A program made the position numbers and the translations under genes. The notes beneath the pieces were generated by a model. The model was given only the letters and a program-made list of their open reading frames with translations, was not told where the DNA came from and did no database searches. From Aulosira sp. ZfuVER01 (lineage in GTDB: Bacteria; Cyanobacteriota; Cyanobacteriia; Cyanobacteriales; Nostocaceae), in the NCBI GenBank assembly GCA_034530615.2, contig JAVRCV020000019.1, positions 32,001-96,000 of the forward strand: a stretch of 64,000 nt of DNA, given 5' to 3'. This document shows, one piece after another, positions 41,457-50,565 of this stretch; the first letter of the stretch is position 1, and each line of letters opens with the position of its first letter.

Positions 41457-41744
41457 TTAGTAATACATGGGGTTGGTTTTCGGTTGATAATCAGAACAAT
41501 TGATAGCTTCTTCTGTATTTGCTAAAGAAGGATGTACGGTGCATTTCAGGCGGTAATCGTCAGTAAAAAATTGGCAACCAGTACAAGGAATTTGATGCAT
41601 TTGCTTGGCTTTACTGACACTATCTCGCGCCGCTGACCATAGACTCCAAGCGCCAAGAATGATGACAGACCAAGCAACAACAAAGCAAATAGGGACTAAA
41701 AGAAGTTGAATCCCATAAATCAGGGTAGATGTTAGTTCTAACAC
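41457..41744 (-). CDS. Small membrane protein with Cys-rich (CxxC...C...C) C-terminus
   Basis: TM helix followed by HQIPCTGCQFFT..YRLKCTVHP...NCSDY. Confidence 0.72.
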   Translation of the reverse strand: MLELTSTLIYGIQLLLVPICFVVAWSVIILGAWSLWSAARDSVSKAKQMHQIPCTGCQFFTDDYRLKCTVHPSLANTEEAINCSDYQPKTNPMYY

Positions 41745-41835
41745 GGCTATTTTTGATAGTAATTAAAAATTAGGAGTTAGAAGTAATCTTAACTCCTAAC
41801 CCCTAACTGTTAACTTCTGGCTGAGGAAGTATAAC

Positions 41836-42876
41836 TTAAATTCCTGCATGACCTAATGCTAAACCAGCCACGAGCATTCCCAGGACTAGGAATGGTTGAG
41901 CGCTTGCTTGGTACTTCACGTCATTCTTTAAGGGATCGCGCAGGAAATACATATCTTGAAAGGTGATTTGCGGCAGGATTAACAGTACGAGAATTGCTGC
42001 GTACAAATTCTCATGGATAGTAACTAGATAGGCAGCTATTAATCCCTGAAATAAATCAATCATCACTACACATATCCAGGCCGCAGTGGTAACACCAAAC
42101 ATTACAGGTAGTGATTGTAATCCTAGTTGGCGATCGCCTTCTACACTTTTGAAGTCATTGACAATGGCAATGCCTAATCCAGCCAAGCTGTAAATTAGGG
42201 TGAGAACCATAATTTTCCAATTTAGTTCTCCAAACAAAGCATGACCTGCCCACCAAGGTAAAGCAATATAGCTGGCTCCCAAGGCATAATTTCCTAACCA
42301 GCCGTTTTGCTTCAGTTTCAGTGGTGGTGCTGAATATATGAAGGCAATAAAAGTACCAAATATTGCCAGTACTGTGACATTGGGGAAGTCATGACCAGCC
42401 CATAAATCCAGTACAAAGGCTAAGGCAATACCTGAAAGAAATAATACAACAATTTGCGTAACTACCTGGGGTACAGAAATTGCGCCAGAGGGAATAGGAC
42501 GGTAAGGTTCATTGATGGCATCAATTTCGCGATCGTAGAAATCATTCAAGGTTTGGGTGTAACCCGTCAGTAGCGGCCCTGAAAGCAACATACAAGCTGC
42601 TGCCTTCAACACATTTTCTAGTGTCCAAGTATAGTTCCCAGACGAAGCCGCACCGCAGACTACGCCCCAAATTAGGGGAATCCAGGTGATCGGCTTCATC
42701 AGTTGCAACCGGATTTTCCAAATAGAGGTTTCTCCCGGTGCTGCGCCTTTCATCCCCAGTAGTTGCCTAGTTTTAGCACTGCGATCGGCAACTGCTGTGA
42801 TTTCTTCACTGGTATTAACTGCGTCTAGTGCTTCCGCTGAGTTGGAATTGGGGGTAATGGGAGATGAATCAGACAT
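41836..42876 (-). CDS. chlG: Chlorophyll synthase ChlG
   Basis: MKPITWIPLIWG, NDFYDREIDAINEPYRPIPSG, NDFKSVEGD, DVKYQASAQPF. Confidence 0.97.
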   Translation of the reverse strand: MSDSSPITPNSNSAEALDAVNTSEEITAVADRSAKTRQLLGMKGAAPGETSIWKIRLQLMKPITWIPLIWGVVCGAASSGNYTWTLENVLKAAACMLLSGPLLTGYTQTLNDFYDREIDAINEPYRPIPSGAISVPQVVTQIVVLFLSGIALAFVLDLWAGHDFPNVTVLAIFGTFIAFIYSAPPLKLKQNGWLGNYALGASYIALPWWAGHALFGELNWKIMVLTLIYSLAGLGIAIVNDFKSVEGDRQLGLQSLPVMFGVTTAAWICVVMIDLFQGLIAAYLVTIHENLYAAILVLLILPQITFQDMYFLRDPLKNDVKYQASAQPFLVLGMLVAGLALGHAGI

Positions 42877-42891
42877 AAGAAATACTTATGA

Positions 42892-43035
42892 ATTGGGCAT
42901 TGGGCATAAGGATTGGGGCATTGGGCATTGGGCATTGGGCATTGGGCATTGGGCATTGGGTGGTTGGGGTATTTTCTCCCCTGCTTCCCCTGCTCCCTAT
43001 CTCCCTTGTCCTCTCTGTCCCATTCCCCAACCCTC
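42892..43035. repeat. STRR (TTGGGCA)n tandem array plus CCCCTGCT repeats
   Basis: About 8 ATTGGGC heptamers. Confidence 0.85.
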
Positions 43036-43047
43036 CTTACCTATGAT

Positions 43048-44148
43048 TTAAAACGAAATTATCAAATAACTATTCTGAAACTTGGCCCCAGTAATGGGTT
43101 TGCCACTCAAAGAGGGGGGTAGGGAAATATTACGCCGCTGGTCTCCGGCTTCGACTGTCACTTCTGGCCCGTACTGGGTAAGTTTGACTTGCTTTTTGTC
43201 AAATCCAGGCAAGAATAAGCGTACCTGACGATTGTGGATATCTATTTCAATGGGTTTGGGAGCTTGTAGTGATTGCTGTGCAAAGTTGGGTAGGGCATCT
43301 ATTAACGATTGCCACTCACCAATTGGTGCATCAGGAACCACACTTACAGGTAAAGGACTAAATTCCTCTGCTAGATTGTGGTGGGTTTGGGAAGAGACCA
43401 GGATAACGCCGCCAACTGTAATACCGACTTGCTGCGCGCTACCCCACAAATAACGGGTGCTTGCTACCTCAATTGGTTCTGGAGTAGTTACCAAAAAGGC
43501 AGCAACGCGCTGGGGGTCGGCCAGGGCAGCTTTACCCTTTTCTAGGAAATTATTGACTTGATTAGTAGGTTGAGCGAAGTTATCTGCTGTCCAATTGAAA
43601 TTGAACAAAGTGCTAATCAGCGGTTGAATCAAAGGCGATTCTGCAATTGTTTTCCCCAAATCGGAGTTAACAAATAATTGCCGAAAGCGCCGCACATACC
43701 AACTCAATGACTCTGGCAATCCCAACATTCGCAATGTAGAAGCTTCACCTGTGCCATCGTAGACGATCGCATCATATTTGCCGCTGGCATCATATTCACG
43801 GATTGCATTGAGGGCAAGGGCGCTGTCCATCCCCGGCAATACCACCAATTCTTCACCATAAACGTCTTTAACGATTGGTGTGCGGAGGTATTGTGCCTCA
43901 AGTTTTTTGACTTCATCCCAGTTGCGCTCTAGTAGTACAGATGCTTGAAACTGTACTACTTGTAAATTAGGAGCAATTTCTTGGGGGTCGCAAGTTAGGG
44001 TGGTATTTAGCAGGATGGGTAATGCTGGTTCAGCAAGTCCTGCTAGAAGTACACGCTTGCCTTGGCTAGCTAATAGCTTGGCAGATGCGATCGCAATTTT
44101 GGTACGAGCAGTGCCGCCTTTGCCCAAAAATGTCAATATCAGAGTCAT
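43048..44148 (-). CDS. ArsA/Get3-like ATPase with C-terminal alpha-crystallin-like domain
   Basis: FLGKGG deviant P-loop, LPGMDSAL, YDG, C-terminal LFLPGFDKKQVKLTQYGPEVTVEAGDQRR. Confidence 0.88.
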   Translation of the reverse strand: MTLILTFLGKGGTARTKIAIASAKLLASQGKRVLLAGLAEPALPILLNTTLTCDPQEIAPNLQVVQFQASVLLERNWDEVKKLEAQYLRTPIVKDVYGEELVVLPGMDSALALNAIREYDASGKYDAIVYDGTGEASTLRMLGLPESLSWYVRRFRQLFVNSDLGKTIAESPLIQPLISTLFNFNWTADNFAQPTNQVNNFLEKGKAALADPQRVAAFLVTTPEPIEVASTRYLWGSAQQVGITVGGVILVSSQTHHNLAEEFSPLPVSVVPDAPIGEWQSLIDALPNFAQQSLQAPKPIEIDIHNRQVRLFLPGFDKKQVKLTQYGPEVTVEAGDQRRNISLPPSLSGKPITGAKFQNSYLIISF

Positions 44149-44219
44149 TACTTGATTTCCAGTTACCGCCGATGTTGTCAATTCCAACTTAGCACTCGGC
44201 AAATCCTCTCAGCTTCCGC

Positions 44220-44414
44220 CTACTGTACGAGTTTAAGTTCATCTTCAAAAAACCAAGTGGAGAATTTATCATCAAATTGCACCACTACACCAACACCGCT
44301 ACCATCCGTCATTTTGTAGCCGAGGATAGTGCCAACTTGTCCTAATCTTTTGACAACAGGGGGAGATACGCGATCGCGCAAACGATAAACCTTAACCTTC
44401 TGTCCGATTTCCAT
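44220..44414 (-). CDS. petP: Cytochrome b6f-associated PetP (DUF2862)
   Basis: MEIGQKVKV.RLRDRV...KMTDGSGVG...TWFFEDEL. Confidence 0.85.
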   Translation of the reverse strand: MEIGQKVKVYRLRDRVSPPVVKRLGQVGTILGYKMTDGSGVGVVVQFDDKFSTWFFEDELKLVQ

Positions 44415-44589
44415 GCCTAGATACAATGCAATAAACCAAGTCTCAGTTTAGCTGAATCCGTGACTCAGCTGTAACACATTTGCGATGATGGAAATGAGGA
44501 AAAAAGACAAGGAGACGGGAGGACTCCGAGACACGGAGATAAATGACAATTAACTAAGAAACTCACTTTGTAATTGAAAACGAGCAACC

Positions 44590-45345
44590 ATGTACGATCA
44601 AAATCCGCCTCGCCCACCTCAAGAAACCATGCCAACGATGCATGATTTACCTAGTGAATTAATAGGGGAATCAGGCTTGCCGGACGAATTTCACTGTATT
44701 CAAGCTGATTTATTAACTGAAACTTGCCAACCTCCCAACTATTTATCTGAGGAAATTTTACTTGCCAGTGATTTGAACCTTTACTACGATCCTCGCCATA
44801 CTTTATGGTACAAGCGACCTGATTGGTACATGGTTTTGGGAGTAGCTAGTGCTAGCCAACAGCAAGACTTATGCTTAAGTTATGTCATTTGGCAAGAGGG
44901 AATCGATCCATTTTTAGTAGTTGAATTACTGTCACCAGGTACAGAGCAAGAAGACTTAGGAAAAACGCTTAGGGAAGTCAATCAGCCCCCAACTAAATGG
45001 GAAGTGTATGAACGCATTTTGCGGGTTCTTTACTATGTTGTCTATGACCGCTACGAAAATCAACTCCGGATATTTCCACTCATTGGCGCTCATTATGAAG
45101 CCGTTTCCCTACCAGAAAACCGCTTTTGGCTAGAAGAGTTAGAACTGGGATTAGGATTGTGGCAAGGTACTTATCAGCAGATAACAGGTTTATGGTTGCG
45201 TTGGTATAATGCACAGGGTTGGGTGCCGACGCTAGCAGAAAAAGCAGAACAGGAACGGCAACGAGCAGAGCAGGAACGGCAGCGGGCAGAAAGATTGGCA
45301 GAGTATGTGCGATCGCTGGGAGTTGATCCTGATACTTTAAGTTAA
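44590..45345 (+). CDS. Uma2 (DUF820) family putative endonuclease
   Basis: LPDEFH, RPDW, VELLSP, KWEVYE, WLRWY and AEQERQR coiled-coil tail. Confidence 0.9.
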   Translation: MYDQNPPRPPQETMPTMHDLPSELIGESGLPDEFHCIQADLLTETCQPPNYLSEEILLASDLNLYYDPRHTLWYKRPDWYMVLGVASASQQQDLCLSYVIWQEGIDPFLVVELLSPGTEQEDLGKTLREVNQPPTKWEVYERILRVLYYVVYDRYENQLRIFPLIGAHYEAVSLPENRFWLEELELGLGLWQGTYQQITGLWLRWYNAQGWVPTLAEKAEQERQRAEQERQRAERLAEYVRSLGVDPDTLS

Positions 45346-45621
45346 ATAAAAATGCTTGCTGATAAATTTACAGGTCTCGATATTCAAAGGTTAACTATTC
45401 TAAGAACTATATCTAGCTGGAATTAAAGCTATGAATATAGCACTAATATTTATTGGTAGCGGGTTCTTGGAACTAATTTATAAATTAACTAGTCCTCTTA
45501 ATTTAAGATGTTCTAAATGTTTATATGAGGATTGATAATTTTTTAATGCTGATTGGGAATTTTAAATTTTGGCAAAAAACTTGTTTTTTAGTTTTAAATC
45601 AACGTCATCGCCATCTTACTA

Positions 45622-45663
45622 GTAACAAAAGTTACTTTTTTATAACTAAGATATCGGTATTTT
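45622..45663 (+). promoter_or_regulatory. NtcA-activated class II promoter candidate
   Basis: GTAACAAAAGTTAC (GTA-N8-TAC) at 45622-45635, 22-nt spacer, then TATTTT (TAN3T) at 45658-45663. Confidence 0.55.
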
Positions 45664-45776
45664 AGCCTGTATTTTACTTATACTAATATGGATTTTGTGT
45701 TAGGCTGATGCAACAAAATATCTCTTATAGTATAAAATGCGCAAATTAGCGGTTTGTGGTGTGAGTGGTTGTTAGG

Positions 45777-46583
45777 ATGACTCTTTTGCTTAAGGATAAT
45801 TCAACTTGGTTGCCAGTGCAGCGTTATTGGGAATTGCTGCAAGTTTTGGTATCGCGAACCTTAAAAGTGCGCTATCGGGGTTCCTTCTTGGGGGTTTATT
45901 GGTCGTTGTTGAACCCTTTAATTATGACAGGTTTATATACTGCAATTTTCGGGGCGACTTTTGCATCCTATTATGGCAATTCAATTCTCAATTATATTTT
46001 GGCAGCATTTACCGGGCTGGTGGTCATCAATTTCTTTTCAGCTTCGACCTCTCAAGCATTAGCTAGTGTAGTTAATAATGGTACCCTTTTAAATAAGATT
46101 CGTTTGCCTGTGAGCGTTTTTCCTGTATCAATGGTTGCAGCAAATGTATTTCAGTTTACAGTAGGAGTATTACCTCTACTAGCAGTTATTACTTTAATAA
46201 ATTCCAAGAGCCTCATCAATGTATTCGCACTGCTACTACCATTTTTTGCACTAATTTTAGTTTGTATTGGGGTAGGCTTTTTTGTAAGCGCCTTATATGT
46301 ATTTTTTAGAGATTTACCTTATTTTTATGAGTTAGTTGTCTTCTTTATCTGGATCAGCAGCCCTGTGTTTTATCCAGCAGCTATTGTACCGAAACAAGTT
46401 AAGCAATTTTTAGGATTGAATCCCTTATCACCGATTATTGAGAGTATCCGTCAACTTACATTATCGGGAACGCTACCAGATTTGAGTTTAATAGGGAGCG
46501 CTTTACTCAGCGGTATAATCATTATGTCATTAGGCTGGGTTTGTTTTCACTTGTGGCGGCATCAATTTATGGATTTGCTCTAA
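45777..46583 (+). CDS. wzm: Polysaccharide ABC exporter permease (Wzm-type)
   Basis: LKVRYRGSFLGVYWSLLNPL, FRDL, SPVFYP, LNPL. Confidence 0.9.
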   Translation: MTLLLKDNSTWLPVQRYWELLQVLVSRTLKVRYRGSFLGVYWSLLNPLIMTGLYTAIFGATFASYYGNSILNYILAAFTGLVVINFFSASTSQALASVVNNGTLLNKIRLPVSVFPVSMVAANVFQFTVGVLPLLAVITLINSKSLINVFALLLPFFALILVCIGVGFFVSALYVFFRDLPYFYELVVFFIWISSPVFYPAAIVPKQVKQFLGLNPLSPIIESIRQLTLSGTLPDLSLIGSALLSGIIIMSLGWVCFHLWRHQFMDLL

Positions 46584-47314
46584 TGGAAGTAATTCGCCTA
46601 GATCAAGTTTCGTTGTGGAGACGAACACAAGAAGAGTTTTCTTACGATCTCAAAAAAACCATTCTCTCTGTTATTGAAGGTAAGTATCGCAAGCCTGCCA
46701 AGAAATTAGTTTTAGATAAAATTGATTTGGTAGTTGAAACCGGAGAAAAAATAGGTATTATTGGGGCAAATGGCTCTGGTAAATCAACTCTTTTGAAAGT
46801 AATTTCTGGGATTCTGCAACCCACAACCGGATCGGTTAGGGTAAAAGGGCAAATTGCACCATTGATAGAACTAGGAGCAGGGTTCGATGCAGAAATTTCT
46901 GTTATGGATAATATTTTGCTGTACGGTGTCTTATTGGGTTTTTCCAGAGCAGAGATGCAAGCAAGAGCGCAGTCAATTTTAGAATTTGCAGAATTGCAGG
47001 ATTATAGATTAGTTCCAGTAAAAGCTTTATCTTCGGGTATGGTAGCGCGGTTGGGGTTTGCGATCGCCACAGATGTACAGCCAGATATTTTAATTCTAGA
47101 CGAGGTATTGTCTGTAGGAGATGAAAAATTTAAGAATAAATGTCAGCAGAGAATAGAAAAGTTTTGGAATATAAATGCAACTGTATTAGTAGTATCTCAT
47201 GATTTAAACTTTATCCAACAATCATGTCAAAGAGTGATTTGGCTGGAAAGAGGTGTCGTTAAATTTGTTGGTGATGGACATGAAGCAATCAATCTTTATC
47301 TGAAATCAAATTAA
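46583..47314 (+). CDS. wzt: Polysaccharide ABC exporter ATPase (Wzt-type, no C-terminal sugar-binding domain)
   Basis: GANGSGKST, ELGAGF, LSSGMVARLGF, ILDEVLSVGD; TAATG coupling to the permease. Confidence 0.92.
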   Translation: MEVIRLDQVSLWRRTQEEFSYDLKKTILSVIEGKYRKPAKKLVLDKIDLVVETGEKIGIIGANGSGKSTLLKVISGILQPTTGSVRVKGQIAPLIELGAGFDAEISVMDNILLYGVLLGFSRAEMQARAQSILEFAELQDYRLVPVKALSSGMVARLGFAIATDVQPDILILDEVLSVGDEKFKNKCQQRIEKFWNINATVLVVSHDLNFIQQSCQRVIWLERGVVKFVGDGHEAINLYLKSN

Positions 47315-47538
47315 TTTTGCAATTCCCAAACAAAACAAGGATATTTCAGAAATAAAATAACTCAATATGATTACGTTAATCAGAAAAATAAATTAATATC
47401 CTGTTGATTTGCATAATTATGGTGGTCAAGATGCTAAAAGTAAAATAATTGAAATATTAATTGAGTTAAAACTGTAATATTCAACAGTTTATTATGTACG
47501 ATTTTTTATAAAAAAATCAATAAAGGAGATTAAATCGA

Positions 47539-48702
47539 ATGAAAATTGTTCAATTTAGTACTTGGAATGTGCCTTGTGGTATTGCTGGATATACAAAAGG
47601 ATTGGTTCAGGGAATGTTAGATAATGGAATTACTTGTGAAGTAATTCCACTAGAAGAAAAAAAAACTAAATATATGACGCGAGAGGAAATTAAAAATTAT
47701 TTTCAATATTGTTCACAGCAGTTAATTAAGTATGATGTCATACACATTCAGCATGAATTTAGTTTTTTTGCAGGTTCTTACGGATACAATGAATCAATTA
47801 TTAATTTTAACTTTTTTTTACAAGAGCTATTAAAATCCAATAAACGAGTGTTTGTAACTTTTCATACAGAACCATCTTTTTTACACGATCCTTTTCCTGG
47901 AATAATGGGTATGTTAAAAAAAGGGGTTAAAAATTTTAAGTGGAAATATTATATTACTCCTCTATTTAATTCCAAAAACGCATTAAATGCTGTTGTCCAC
48001 ACAAAAAAGACACGTCGCATTTTCATAGATAGTGGTTTTAAAGATAAATCAATAAATCTTATAAAACAGGGTGTTACATTATCTGACAATCAAAATATTG
48101 ATTTTCAAGATAGAAATGCTCTCAAAGAAAAGTTAGGATTTCCTGAGAATGCTGTTGTGCTTCTAATGTTTGGATTTATATCAGCATATAAAGGTTATAA
48201 CACAGCGTTAAATGCCTTAAAAAGTTTACCTGAAAATTATTATTTGTTAATCATAGGCGAACCACACCCTAATTCAAAAGACACCGCATTGGATAAAATA
48301 GTTGGATTTATTAATAAACATAAGAGCTTAAAAGAACGTGTAAGATTAACAGGTTATTTAGAACTAGACCAATTAAGAAAATATCAGTATGTAACTGATT
48401 TTTGCTTAGTTCCGTATGCACCTGATACAATATTATCTTCATCTGCATCTATTACTTGGGCTTTATCGTCTGGAAAACCAGTTATTGCAAGTAAAATAGC
48501 ATCTTTTGAAGAATTAAACGAAGATAATGATTGCTTGCATTTATTTACACCTGGCTGTGCTGAAGAATTAGCTTATAAAATTCAAAAATTATATGAAAAT
48601 CAGGAACTAATTCAACAATTAATTACTAATGGGTTAACATATTGTCAGAATAATCAATGGAGCAAAATTGCTAAATCTCATATAGAACTATATGAACAAT
48701 AA
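47539..48702 (+). CDS. Glycosyltransferase family 4
   Basis: CGIAGYT, HIQHEF, FGFISAYKG, SSASITWALSSGKPVIAS; AAGGAG RBS. Confidence 0.88.
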   Translation: MKIVQFSTWNVPCGIAGYTKGLVQGMLDNGITCEVIPLEEKKTKYMTREEIKNYFQYCSQQLIKYDVIHIQHEFSFFAGSYGYNESIINFNFFLQELLKSNKRVFVTFHTEPSFLHDPFPGIMGMLKKGVKNFKWKYYITPLFNSKNALNAVVHTKKTRRIFIDSGFKDKSINLIKQGVTLSDNQNIDFQDRNALKEKLGFPENAVVLLMFGFISAYKGYNTALNALKSLPENYYLLIIGEPHPNSKDTALDKIVGFINKHKSLKERVRLTGYLELDQLRKYQYVTDFCLVPYAPDTILSSSASITWALSSGKPVIASKIASFEELNEDNDCLHLFTPGCAEELAYKIQKLYENQELIQQLITNGLTYCQNNQWSKIAKSHIELYEQ

Positions 48703-48754
48703 TTAAGGCTAAGATTATAAAATTAGGCTCATAAACAAAGTAAAGTTTTCATAA

Positions 48755-48799
48755 ATGAAAAAAGCTTTAATCATCGGTTTGACCGGACAAGATGCGTAG
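48755..48799 (+). pseudogene. Relic 5' end of a second gmd-like gene (MKKALIIGLTGQDA*)
   Basis: Translates to the GMD N-terminal Rossmann motif; the stop is supplied by the GTAG end of the REP-like element. Confidence 0.7.
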
Positions 48800-48895
48800 G
48801 TTGTGTTGTAGTTTGCTTCCCCGTAGGGGCACGGAGTGAAACCCAACAATTACAAGACTTTGGAGTGTTGGGTTTCGTTCCTCAACCCAACCTAC
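48796..48895. repeat. REP-like inverted repeat (GTAGGTTG...CAACCTAC family)
   Basis: GTAGGTTG...GAAACCCAACA / TGTTGGGTTTCGTTCCTCAACCCAACCTAC. Confidence 0.75.
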
Positions 48896-48997
48896 TGGCG
48901 TGTCTAGGCTAAAATGATGCAATAAAAAATATTTTTAGTTGCGCTTTAGCACCTCCCAAAGAATAAATCTAATGCACAACTTTAGGCTAGACAGTCC
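48896..48997. mobile_element. Putative ~100-bp MITE flanked by CCTAC duplication
   Basis: Imperfect TIR TGTCTAGGCTAAA / TTTAGGCTAGACA; CCTAC at 48891-48895 and 48998-49002. Confidence 0.55.
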
Positions 48998-49124
48998 CCT
49001 ACGTCCACATCATATTTTTTGTGAAATCGTATAAGAATAACTTCTCCATAACTAAAAATAAACAAATAAAATTATCTTGGGCAAGAGCTTTGTCTGAGAA
49101 CTAAATATAGATGAAACATGGAGT

Positions 49125-50090
49125 ATGACAAGAAAAAAAGCACTCATAACTGGCTTAACTGGACAAGATGGCTCTTATCTTGCTGAACTACTACTAACCA
49201 AAGGCTATCAAGTATTTGGCTTAGTCCGTCGCTCAAGTTCTAGTAATCTTGAGCGTATCAATCACCTTTCTGGAGATATCCACATCCTTTCTGGCGATCT
49301 TTTAGATCAATCTTCTTTAATGGATGTGATTACCGAATCTCAGCCGGATGAAATTTATAACCTCGCCTCCCAAAGCTACGTTCCTCTCTCTTGGACACAA
49401 CCAGCCCTTACAGCTGAATACACAGCCCTTGGTGTTTCCCGGCTTCTAGAATCCATCCGTCGTTGTAAGCCAGATGCTAGATTTTATCAAGCGTCAAGTA
49501 GTGAAGTTTTCGGTCAACCGGACGAATCGCCACAAACCGAACGCACCGCTTTTCGTCCCCGTAACCCTTACGGCGTTGCTAAAGCCTACGCTCACTGGAT
49601 GACTGTCAACTATAGGCAAAAATATAATCTTTATGCCTGCTGCGGTATCACCTATACTCACGAATCGCCTCGACGCGGCACAGAATTTGTGTTTCGCAAA
49701 ATTACAAACACAGTAGCTCAAATCAAACTCGGTCTAGCAAATGAACTAAAATTAGGCAACCTAGATGCCCGTCGTGACTGGTGTTACGCTAAAGATGCGG
49801 TTTACGCCATGTGGCTGATGTTACAGCAAAAGCAACCTGAGGACTACATTATTGCTAGCGGTGAAACCCACTCTGTCAGAGAATTAGTTGAATGTGCATT
49901 CAACTGTGTTAGTCTCAATTGGCAAGACTATGTCTCAGTTGATCCTGCATTCTACCGTCCTGATGAACCTATACAGTTGATTGGTTGCATTGATAAAATT
50001 AAAACAGAGATAGGTTGGCAACCTCAACATTCATTTCAGAAGTTAGTTGAGTTAATGATTGATTCTGATTTGAAAAAATTGAACAGTTAA
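49125..50090 (+). CDS. gmd: GDP-mannose 4,6-dehydratase
   Basis: ALITGLTGQDGSYL, YNLASQSYV, YQASSSE, PRNPYGVAK, HESPRRG, LGNLDARRDW. Confidence 0.94.
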   Translation: MTRKKALITGLTGQDGSYLAELLLTKGYQVFGLVRRSSSSNLERINHLSGDIHILSGDLLDQSSLMDVITESQPDEIYNLASQSYVPLSWTQPALTAEYTALGVSRLLESIRRCKPDARFYQASSSEVFGQPDESPQTERTAFRPRNPYGVAKAYAHWMTVNYRQKYNLYACCGITYTHESPRRGTEFVFRKITNTVAQIKLGLANELKLGNLDARRDWCYAKDAVYAMWLMLQQKQPEDYIIASGETHSVRELVECAFNCVSLNWQDYVSVDPAFYRPDEPIQLIGCIDKIKTEIGWQPQHSFQKLVELMIDSDLKKLNS

Positions 50091-50158
50091 ATTGTCTAGT
50101 TTTTTTCAATATACTTACTTTATACTCTGACAAAGTATACAAAAGTAAAAAACTGCTC

Positions 50159-50465
50159 ATACCATTTCACTTTAAGAATGATACAAATACGCCGTAGAGG
50201 GTTTAGCAATGCTCATTGGTGTCAACTTAACGTGAAACCCTTTGTTAATCGAGATATTTGATCCCCCAACCCCCTTAAAAAGGGGGCTAAGATTCTAATT
50301 CCCCCTTTTTTTAAGGGGGGTTAGGGGGGATCAAAAGTTTATGGTGCTAAGAGAGAGAACCCTAAAGGCTTACGCTGTATGCTTCTAAGCTTAAGTTGAC
50401 ACGTATGAGTAATGCTAAACCCCTACGAAAAATCTATTTGTATCAGAATTTTCGTGAATTGGTAT
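50159..50465. mobile_element. Nested palindromic dispersed repeat, copy 2 (inner MITE inverted relative to copy 1)
   Basis: Same outer arms as 19592-19900; the inner 50212-50409 segment is the reverse complement of 19644-19844. Confidence 0.85.
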
Positions 50466-50565
50466 CACAAATACATTCATTTTATGAGATAGATAATTCT
50501 GAGCTAGCTTTCCATGCATAGATTCAATAATTTTGTTGCCAAATAATATATTATAAAAAACATAA

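Noticed and set aside
42686..43122. ORFs containing GIGHWAL repeats (also at 14874)
   Set aside because: Translations of (TTGGGCA)n STRR arrays.
44590..45345. Uma2 nuclease as a defence system
   Set aside because: Highly expanded, ordinary cyanobacterial family; no partner gene.
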